The notes beneath the pieces are model-generated. The model was not told the DNA's origin, searched no databases, and was given only the letters and a program-made list of their open reading frames with translations. From assembly GCA_963765495.1 (NCBI GenBank), contig CAVXWP010000004.1, forward strand, positions 224,001 through 288,000: a stretch of DNA of 64,000 nt. The letters run 5' to 3'. Numbering within the stretch: position 1 is the stretch's first letter; each line of letters begins with the position of its first letter. Source of the stretch: Blastocatellia bacterium. Lineage in GTDB: Bacteria > Acidobacteriota > Blastocatellia > UBA7656. Shown here in pieces: positions 56,541 through 64,000 of this stretch. The position numbers were made by a program, and so were the translations under genes.

Positions 56541-56737
56541 TTCAAGTATTCTAACCTGCATGTTGAAAATCATTATGATTCTACGAATTCGATTGCCAAA
56601 CGTCATCATCTGAAAAGCGTTGATATAGATCAACTCTTTTGTCATGCGTGGAGGCTCCTGTATAATTTGTCTCGCACAGACAGAATTAATCTCGAAGCGA
56701 AATCTGCAAACCCTTAAAGTGATCGAGGTAAAGTTTT

Positions 56738-57250
56738 ATGCCTTCCAAAGATATTTTACAGTTGGGCAATCCGCTGCTCTGGGAAAAATGTGCGCGTGTC
56801 GCAGAGCCTTCTGACAACGAGACTCTATCGCTCATACGCGACTTGAGCGACACGCTCGCCGAATTCCGCCGCGCCACGGGCTTTGGCCGGGGGATAGCCG
56901 CCCCGCAGATAGGCTCGCTCAAGCGGGTGATCTTTATACGCATGCAGACGGAGGGTTTTTCCAGCCCGCTCATCAACCCGGAAATTATCTGGGCAAGCGA
57001 TCAGAGGATGGAGCTCTGGGATGATTGCTTTAGCTTTCCTGACCTGATGGTGCGAGTGTCGAGAGCCGTCGAGGTTAAGGTCTCCTTTCAAGACGAGCGC
57101 GGTCAGGATCGCATAGTCGAAGCCAGAGGCGATCTGTCGGAATTATTACAACACGAGATTGATCATCTTGACGGGGTGCTTGCTCTTGACCGAGCCGTTT
57201 CGCCCCGGGCGCTTTCAACACGCGCCGAGTGGGAACGGATGCAGAGATAG
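56738..57250 (+). CDS. def: Peptide deformylase
   Basis: GIAAPQIG, DDCFS (variant of EGCLS), QHEIDHLDG. Confidence 0.88.
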   Translation: MPSKDILQLGNPLLWEKCARVAEPSDNETLSLIRDLSDTLAEFRRATGFGRGIAAPQIGSLKRVIFIRMQTEGFSSPLINPEIIWASDQRMELWDDCFSFPDLMVRVSRAVEVKVSFQDERGQDRIVEARGDLSELLQHEIDHLDGVLALDRAVSPRALSTRAEWERMQR

Positions 57251-57593
57251 CGATTTCAATAAAAAATTGCCGGGGATGTATTTTTTTCATCTCCCGGCCC
57301 TCTATTACCCGAGCCGAGCAGCCCTCACCTATATTGACTTTTAGCATATTCAATACTGGCTTTTGTGCAGCCTTCAGGCGCAAATAGCAGACCTGCTCTT
57401 CGAGGAGTGGCTGCCGAGGCTGTAATAAATGCAATAAATGATCTGAAATTTTCAGACTTTCAGCCGCTTTCAAACGTCTGAAAGTGCGTGAGACAGTAGA
57501 ATCCTCTCGCCTCTCTTATTCAGGCTTGATGCGCGAGGATGAAGTCTCAGGCTGCCGTGAGGCCGCCGGTCAACTCAAGGAGGAGAGTAACCC

Positions 57594-59039
57594 ATGGCAA
57601 GTATCACTTACGACGAAGCCGCTCACCTGCTCAGGAGGATGGCTTTCGGAGGAAGTCCCGATGAGATCAACGACCTCGCCGGGCGCGGGCGCGAAGGAGC
57701 CGTTGATTTCCTGATCAACTACGACAAGATTGACAACAAAGCGATGGAAGACCTGCTCGAACAGAGCTTTGACTTCTCTGACCCAAGGGACAATACCAGA
57801 TTCAATCAGGCGATGATCCGCCGATGGTGGTTCACCCGGATGGTTACGTCTCGCCGACAGTTTGAAGAGAAGATGACCCTCTTCTGGCACAACCACTTTG
57901 CTACGGCCCTCTCAAAAGTTCAGGACATCTATATGTTTGTTCAGAACAACACGCTGCGCGACAAAGCACTGGGCAGATTCGACGACCTGTTGCTTGCCGT
58001 GGCGCAGGATGCAGCCATGCTGATCTGGCTCGACGGCATAACGAACGTACTCGGCAGCCCCAACGAAAACTGGGCGCGCGAGCTTCAAGAACTCTTCACC
58101 ATGGGCATCACCGATTTGGTGACGGGCGAGCCGAATTACACCGAGCAGGATGTTAAAGAGATCGCTCGCGCCTTTACCGGGTGGAAGTTCAACTTTAACC
58201 GCCGAGGCAGCGATCCATTCGATATAACTTTCTTCATCAACGCCGCTCAACACGACAACACATCCAAGACCATATACGGGCAGACGCTCAATTTCACCGG
58301 AGAAGACGTGATAACGGTGATCTCTGCGCGACAGGCGACGGCGCGATTCCTCGTAAGTGAGTTTTTCGAGTTTTTCGTCTATCCCCTCACCTCGAGTTCA
58401 GGCGACAAGAAGACCATAGATAAATTCGCAAGCGTGTATCTGTCGAGCAATCACTCGATAAAGGAGCTTGCGCGGGCCGTATTCGTCTCTGATGAATTTT
58501 TCAGCGACCGCGCGCGATTTACCCTCGTCAAACAGCCCTCGGAACTGGTTGTAGGAGCGATTCGCATGCTCGGCGCTACCTATAACCCGGGAGAGTCCGA
58601 CAGGCGCGGAGGTGGCGGCAATCTCCTTTTCGGCGAATCGGCTCTGATGGGACAGGATATGTTCAATCCGCCGGATGTGAATGGGTGGGATTTGAATTTA
58701 GCCTGGATCAACACCTCGGCGATGCTCGAACGGTTCAACTACACAAACACGCTTGTGACCGCGCGCACAAACAGACCCGACAATCCCGGCCTGTTTGTAG
58801 AGACATCTCAACTGGCGAAGTACACAAAGTCTACGGCCAAAGCGACGACCAAGAAATTCCTAAACCTGCTCGGCCCCTTGAAGATAGATAAGAAGACCAG
58901 AAAGACGCTTCAGAATTATCTCAGCACCGACAATCAGGGCAACAAGGTGAGCTTTGAAAACAACGACGCGACGATTGACACAAAGGTGCGAGGACTGGTC
59001 CACCAAATTATGTGCCTGCCGGAGTTTCAACTAAACTAG
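57594..59039 (+). CDS. DUF1800 family protein
   Basis: AHLLRRMAFG, EKMTLFWHNHF, PNENWARELQELFTMG, ARAFTGW, PPDVNGW, PEFQLN. Confidence 0.92.
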   Translation: MASITYDEAAHLLRRMAFGGSPDEINDLAGRGREGAVDFLINYDKIDNKAMEDLLEQSFDFSDPRDNTRFNQAMIRRWWFTRMVTSRRQFEEKMTLFWHNHFATALSKVQDIYMFVQNNTLRDKALGRFDDLLLAVAQDAAMLIWLDGITNVLGSPNENWARELQELFTMGITDLVTGEPNYTEQDVKEIARAFTGWKFNFNRRGSDPFDITFFINAAQHDNTSKTIYGQTLNFTGEDVITVISARQATARFLVSEFFEFFVYPLTSSSGDKKTIDKFASVYLSSNHSIKELARAVFVSDEFFSDRARFTLVKQPSELVVGAIRMLGATYNPGESDRRGGGGNLLFGESALMGQDMFNPPDVNGWDLNLAWINTSAMLERFNYTNTLVTARTNRPDNPGLFVETSQLAKYTKSTAKATTKKFLNLLGPLKIDKKTRKTLQNYLSTDNQGNKVSFENNDATIDTKVRGLVHQIMCLPEFQLN

Positions 59040-59049
59040 GAGGAAAGAT

Positions 59050-60354
59050 ATGCCAACCAGAAGAGAGTTCATAAAGCTTAGCGCGGGGATGGTATCCGTA
59101 GGCATGGTCATGCCAAAACTCTGGCTGACGGAAGCGCGCGCCGAGGGGCCGATAGATTCACAGGGACGCAGGATATTTGTCGTCATTCAACTGGCGGGCG
59201 GCAATGACGGGCTGAACATGCTTGTGCCTTACAGCGATCTCCGGTACGCGAGCCTGCGCCCAAATCTTTCCTTCAAAGACTCCGAGCTAAAAGACGCTCA
59301 GGGGCGTTCGACCATCCTCGACAATCAATTTGGTCTTCATCCTTCGATGAGTGAGATCAAAGACCTTTACGACGCGGGCAAAGTCGCCGTAGTGCGCGGC
59401 GTGGGCTATCCTTCGCCCAATCTGTCGCATTTCCTATCGCAGGACATCTGGCATACGGCCGACCTTACGGGGCTCCAGGGCGACGGATGGCTCGGCAAAT
59501 ACGCCGACCTCGCCCTTGTGGGGAAGCCCGGTCTTCCCGCCGTATCAATCGGCGGGTCGCTGCCAAAGAGCCTGTTTGCCGAGGATTTCGTAGTGCCGAG
59601 CGTTTCAAGCTTTGACGCCTATACATTCCAGACCGACCCCAGAAATACGGGTGACCGCAACAATCAGCTAAACACGTTCAATACAAATTATGGTCGCGCC
59701 TTTCCCGAAGAAAGCTTCCTGAAAGAGATAACCGCGACGGGGCGTGACGCGCTTGCAGGCGCGCAGGAGATTCAATCGTCCGTGGCAAGTTACAGTTCGA
59801 GTGTTGTATACCCTGTCGGCACTCAGGGCAATCAGAACAAGCTCGCTTCGGCATTGCAGATGGTAGCGCAGGTGGCCACGACAATCCCTGAGGCCGAACT
59901 CTTTTACGTGCAGATGGGCGGCTTCGATCATCACTCGCAAGAGATAGGCAGTCAGGAAAACCCCGGGGATAAGACCGTAGGCCAGCACGCTACGTTGCTG
60001 AAATATTTCTCCGAAGCGGTCAAGGCGTTTTATGACGACCTGGCCGAGCACGGGCTGGCCCAGAACGCGGTCATGATGCAGTGGTCGGAATTTGGCCGTC
60101 GTCCGAATGAGAATGCTTCTTTCGGGACCGATCACGGCACGGCCTCGCCCATGATCGTCATCGGCGATCCGGTAAAGGGCGGCCTTTACGGCGAGCAGCC
60201 CTCGCTTGCGGCGACTTCGCTCGATCAGGCGGGAAATATGGTCTTCGCTGTGGACTTTCGCGAAGTTTATGCGACAATCCTCGATAAGTGGCTTGGCGTA
60301 GACTCGAAGACGGTGCTCGGCTCGCAGTATCCGAACGTGGGGTTTCTGGGCTAA
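59050..60354 (+). CDS. DUF1501 family Tat-exported protein
   Basis: TRREFIK twin-arginine; QLAGGNDGLN, NLSHF, GFDHH, SEFGRR, GTDHG, VDFREVYA. Confidence 0.92.
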   Translation: MPTRREFIKLSAGMVSVGMVMPKLWLTEARAEGPIDSQGRRIFVVIQLAGGNDGLNMLVPYSDLRYASLRPNLSFKDSELKDAQGRSTILDNQFGLHPSMSEIKDLYDAGKVAVVRGVGYPSPNLSHFLSQDIWHTADLTGLQGDGWLGKYADLALVGKPGLPAVSIGGSLPKSLFAEDFVVPSVSSFDAYTFQTDPRNTGDRNNQLNTFNTNYGRAFPEESFLKEITATGRDALAGAQEIQSSVASYSSSVVYPVGTQGNQNKLASALQMVAQVATTIPEAELFYVQMGGFDHHSQEIGSQENPGDKTVGQHATLLKYFSEAVKAFYDDLAEHGLAQNAVMMQWSEFGRRPNENASFGTDHGTASPMIVIGDPVKGGLYGEQPSLAATSLDQAGNMVFAVDFREVYATILDKWLGVDSKTVLGSQYPNVGFLG

Positions 60355-60387
60355 TTTGCTTTTTGAGACGGAACGAAAGGGAGAAAG

Positions 60388-61530
60388 ATGTTCAGCTTCA
60401 GGATCAGGCGAAAGCTTCAGGCGGTCATATTTATTCTGATCTCGGCGGCGGTCGCCTACGGATATGTGACCGGGCCTGATGCGCGCTACACGGGCGCTCC
60501 GGGCGACATAGGCAGTTGCGTTCAGTGCCACGATACCTTCCACGAAGCCAATATGGGGCCGGGCAGCGTCACCATCAGCGGCAACCCGGCTGTCTACGAG
60601 CCTGACATGCAATACGTTATAAACGTAACCGTGCAGCAGCCAAACCGTCAGCGTTACGGATTTCAACTGACCGCCATAGACAAAGACGGCAATCGGATAG
60701 GGACGCTTTCCTCGATTGATAACTTCACGCAGGTTCACGCGATGACAGGCGCTGGCGGCAGGCAATACATCGAGCACACGCAAGCCGGGACAGTCCCGTT
60801 AGTGTCGGGCAGCCGCACCTTTCAGATTCGCTGGACCGCCCCTGATACGGATAAAGGCTATGTGAAATTCTTTTTCGCGGGCAACGCCGCCAACGGAGAC
60901 GGCACCAATCAGAACGATTACATCTATACAAACAGCGCTCTGACCGACTCTCCGACCACGGTAGTAAACGTCTCGCTGCTTACGAACCCGGCCGGGTTGA
61001 ATTTCGAGCCGGGAGCGAAATTCGTCATCGACTGGACCGCAACGAATCATTCGAATGTTGAGAGCTACGAGGTCCGTTATTCCACCGATGACGGGGCGAC
61101 TTTCCCGATCACAAACCTGATTTTCTCGACTACAAACCCGGATCAAACATCTGTCGAATGGACCGTCCCCGATGTATCGACCAATCAGGCGCGCATACGT
61201 GTACTTGCGGCCACGAAAGCGGGTGCAGCGGTTGAGATCAAGAGCGGGCAGTTTGCGATAAACGGAACCGCGAGCGGTACGCTTCCGACGATCATCAGCG
61301 TAAAGCAGAAGGGGAAAAAACTTATCATCACGGGCGCAAACTTTCAGCAGGGCGCAAAGGTCGAGATGGACGACGTGGATCAGAAGACCAAGAACGCAAT
61401 GGATTTCTCGCACGTGCTTAAATGCAAGAATGCGGGGCTGAGCATAAATCCCGGCGATACGGTCACGCTCGTCGTGAGAAATCCCGACGAGACAAAATCT
61501 GCGCCGTTCACGTTCACGCGTCCGCTTTAG
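60388..61530 (+). CDS. Exported CxxCH + Reeler-like (choice-of-anchor V-like) protein with Ig-like domains
   Basis: Signal peptide; TGAPGDIGSCVQCH; GFQLT; WTAP; AGNAANGD; C-terminal IPT-like ITGANFQQGA. Confidence 0.75.
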   Translation: MFSFRIRRKLQAVIFILISAAVAYGYVTGPDARYTGAPGDIGSCVQCHDTFHEANMGPGSVTISGNPAVYEPDMQYVINVTVQQPNRQRYGFQLTAIDKDGNRIGTLSSIDNFTQVHAMTGAGGRQYIEHTQAGTVPLVSGSRTFQIRWTAPDTDKGYVKFFFAGNAANGDGTNQNDYIYTNSALTDSPTTVVNVSLLTNPAGLNFEPGAKFVIDWTATNHSNVESYEVRYSTDDGATFPITNLIFSTTNPDQTSVEWTVPDVSTNQARIRVLAATKAGAAVEIKSGQFAINGTASGTLPTIISVKQKGKKLIITGANFQQGAKVEMDDVDQKTKNAMDFSHVLKCKNAGLSINPGDTVTLVVRNPDETKSAPFTFTRPL

Positions 61531-61631
61531 TTATCACAGAGTGTTTCACCTTTAATCCTCCATTACCCTACTCCGGGCCGGCAACGCTTACGAGCATCCG
61601 GCCCAAATTTTTCTGTTCCGCGCGAAAATTT

Positions 61632-61699
61632 GCCACAGAGACACAAAGACACAGAGTATTTTCATAATCTTGTCTCTGTGTCTGCGGTGCCTCTGTGGC
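61632..61699. repeat. Inverted tandem 8-mer element, unit ACACAGAG (family H)
   Basis: GCCACAGAG ACACAAAG ACACAGAG ... CTCTGTGT CTGCGGTGC CTCTGTGGC. Confidence 0.85.
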
Positions 61700-61787
61700 T
61701 ATTCTGATTTCACAAATTTTGTTTGAGGTTGAGCCGAAAAGATACTAGCATTACACCATCTCGCGCCGAGATTGAGGTTCGCAGCCC

Positions 61788-64000
61788 ATGTCAAAAACCG
61801 AATGGGACAGAAAAACCTGGGCAGGCTTGATGCCGAACGGTATCGGACAGGTAAAGCCCAATCATTACTTCGAGATCGTGAAGGCCGCCTGGCGCAATCG
61901 CGATCAATTGCCTTTTGCGTGGCGCATCCTGACAAAAGGGGTCTGCGACGGTTGCGCGCTCGGCACAACAGGCTTACACGATTTCACGATGGACGGCGTA
62001 CATCTGTGCATGGTGCGGCTCGATCTTATGAGGCTCAATACCATGCCTGCTCTCGACATCAAGAATCTCGAAGATGCGGAAAGATTATCCGCGATGACAG
62101 CCGCTCAGCTTCGTGAGCTTGGCCGCCTGCCTTATCCCTTGCTTCGTCAAAAGGGTGATAGCGGTTTTAAGCGCGTCTCGTGGGATGAGGCGCTCGATTT
62201 TATTGCCTCACGAATAAACAAGATTAAACCCGACCGGCTGGCTTTTTATCTGACCTCGCGCGGCCTGACCAATGAGGTCTATTACGCCGTGCAGAAGGCG
62301 GCGCGGTTTCTCGGCACAAACAACGTAGACAACTCGGCGCGCATCTGCCATGCCCCTTCCACGGTCGCGCTCAAGCGGTCGCTCGGCGTGTCGGCTTCTA
62401 CCTGCTCGTACAAGGACTGGATAGGCACGGACCTGCTCGTATTTTTTGGAAGTAACACGCCAAACAATCAGCCGGTCACGACCAAGTACATCTATAATGC
62501 GAAGAAGTGCGGCACTCGCGTGGCAGTAATCAATCCTTACCGCGAGCCGGGGCTTGAACGTTACTGGGTCCCTTCGGTTTTTGAGAGCGCAATGTTTGGG
62601 ACAAGAATCGCCGATGAATTCTTTCAGGTGAACACGGGTGGGGACAGGGCTTTCATAGCGGGCGTTATAAAACACATGATCATAAGGGGCTGGACAGACA
62701 ACGCATTTATACAGAACCACACAACCGGGTTCGATTGTCTGGAATCGGCTCTGGAAGCCTTTTCCTGGGAGTTGCTGGAAGCTGAATCGGGAGCCAATCG
62801 CGAAGAGATGCTGAAGTTTGCCCAAATGGTCGGCGAGGCAAACTCGGCCATCTTCGTATGGTCGATGGGCATCACTCAGCACAGGAATGGAGTTGCAAAC
62901 GTCGAGGCAATAATCGATCTCGCCCTCACACGCGGATTTGTCGGGCGCGAGAAATGCGGGCTTATGCCGATTCGCGGACATTCCGGCGTTCAGGGTGGCG
63001 CTGAGGTAGGGGCTGTGCCCAACCAGTTTCCCGGCGGCGTAGCGGTGAACGAGGAGGGCGCGCGCCGGTTTGCAGGGCTCTGGGAGATTGAACTTTCGGA
63101 TCAACCCGGGTTGAACGCGGTTCAGATGATCGAAGCCGCGCACGAAGGAAAGCTAGACTTCTTATACCAGATCGGCGGCAACTTCCTTGAGACCCTGCCC
63201 GACCCTGACTACGTCCGCGAAGCTATCGAACGCTTGCCCGTTCGCGTGCATCAGGATATCGTGCTGAGTCCTCAGATGATGATCGAGCCGGGGGATGCGG
63301 TTGTCCTCTTGCCCGGCCAGACCCGCTACGAGCAGCGAGGCGGCGGGACCGAAACTACGACGGAGCGGCGCATACTGTTTAGCCCTGAAATACCGGGCCG
63401 GCGCATAGGAGAAGCGCGCGCCGAATGGGAAATCCCTCTGCTGATCGCCGAGCTGGCGCAACCCGAGCGCGCCGCCCTAATCCACTTCGATGACGCGCAG
63501 GCGATACGCAACGAGATAGCCCGAGCGGTCCCGGCATACGCGGGAATCGAGAGACTGGCAAAGGCGGGCGATCAGGTGCAGTGGGGCGGCCAGCGGCTCT
63601 GCGAGCGACAGGAGACGGATGGAGAGACAGTTCAACACTTTCCCACTGGCGACGGGCGGGCGCGTTTCACCCCGATCAACATAGAGAAGGAAAATGCAGA
63701 CGGGAAATTGCGGCTCTCAACCCGTCGAGGCAAGCAATTCAACAGCATCGTATACAGAGATATTGACCCTCTGACGGGCGCTCGACGCGACGACGTTCTG
63801 ATGAGCCGAGAGGACGTGAGCCGATTGGGGCTATCAGAAGGTGAAAAGATAATCCTGCGAAGCGCGACCGGTGAAATGCGCGGGCGATGCCGCGTAGCTC
63901 CGATCAATCCCGGCAACGTTCAGGTCCACTGGCCCGAAGGCAATGTCCTTATAGAACGCGGAGTCTCAGACCCGGATTGCGGTATCCCCGATTTCAATAC
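61788..64000 (+). CDS. FdhF/YdeP-family molybdopterin oxidoreductase (3' partial; missing from the ORF track)
   Basis: Manual translation: MSKTEWD...GVCDGCALG...GRLPYP...YLTSRG...[10 protein letters not shown]...[11 protein letters not shown]...RRGKQFNS. Confidence 0.9.
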   Translation, partial: MSKTEWDRKTWAGLMPNGIGQVKPNHYFEIVKAAWRNRDQLPFAWRILTKGVCDGCALGTTGLHDFTMDGVHLCMVRLDLMRLNTMPALDIKNLEDAERLSAMTAAQLRELGRLPYPLLRQKGDSGFKRVSWDEALDFIASRINKIKPDRLAFYLTSRGLTNEVYYAVQKAARFLGTNNVDNSARICHAPSTVALKRSLGVSASTCSYKDWIGTDLLVFFGSNTPNNQPVTTKYIYNAKKCGTRVAVINPYREPGLERYWVPSVFESAMFGTRIADEFFQVNTGGDRAFIAGVIKHMIIRGWTDNAFIQNHTTGFDCLESALEAFSWELLEAESGANREEMLKFAQMVGEANSAIFVWSMGITQHRNGVANVEAIIDLALTRGFVGREKCGLMPIRGHSGVQGGAEVGAVPNQFPGGVAVNEEGARRFAGLWEIELSDQPGLNAVQMIEAAHEGKLDFLYQIGGNFLETLPDPDYVREAIERLPVRVHQDIVLSPQMMIEPGDAVVLLPGQTRYEQRGGGTETTTERRILFSPEIPGRRIGEARAEWEIPLLIAELAQPERAALIHFDDAQAIRNEIARAVPAYAGIERLAKAGDQVQWGGQRLCERQETDGETVQHFPTGDGRARFTPINIEKENADGKLRLSTRRGKQFNSIVYRDIDPLTGARRDDVLMSREDVSRLGLSEGEKIILRSATGEMRGRCRVAPINPGNVQVHWPEGNVLIERGVSDPDCGIPDFN

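Noticed and set aside
59668-60783. 371 aa minus-strand ORF
   Set aside because: Antisense to two well-supported genes.
2476-61699. Reading the repeats as CRISPR arrays
   Set aside because: Units are 7-9 nt, contiguous and inverted around one spacer; there is no repeat-spacer series and no cas gene.
62208-63143. 311 aa minus-strand ORF
   Set aside because: Antisense to the FdhF/YdeP gene, which the ORF track omits because it has no stop in the window.
61788-64000. Selenocysteine in the FdhF-like enzyme
   Set aside because: The active-site codon is TGC (RICH), not TGA.
1-64000. tRNA, rRNA, prophage, transposase or defence genes
   Set aside because: None recognised by eye; a tRNAscan/Infernal run would be needed to exclude small RNAs fully.

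Overview
64 kb of ordinary chromosome from a moderately GC-rich bacterium, most likely Acidobacteriota (inferred from an ADOP-type permease, exported HEAT-repeat proteins and DUF1800/DUF1501). About 58 CDS: c-di-GMP and response-regulator genes, two molybdopterin oxidoreductases, a cysteine dioxygenase, CorA, an ECF sigma/anti-sigma/HEAT/ABC locus, ribA, an acyl-CoA operon, a complex I operon with only peripheral-arm subunits (nuoBCD-E-F-G-I) joined to aspA, a Lol-like operon, rarA, cstA, an M14 peptidase, tolC and def. I saw no rRNA, tRNA, CRISPR array, transposase or phage gene. The most striking unexplained signal is non-coding: about 16 intergenic elements share one architecture (tandem 7-9 nt unit, spacer, inverted tandem of the same unit) but use several unrelated unit sequences. 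The 7-mer types sit at or just after stop codons and present stops in all three frames from either direction. One 9-mer element lies inside an ISAs1-like MITE with a 10 bp target duplication. Other highlights are a cysteine dioxygenase ending in a CysE-like GAGI tail, a candidate ECF-driven anti-SD small RNA and a probable AUA start for corA. All family calls come from motif recognition by eye; no database search was run.
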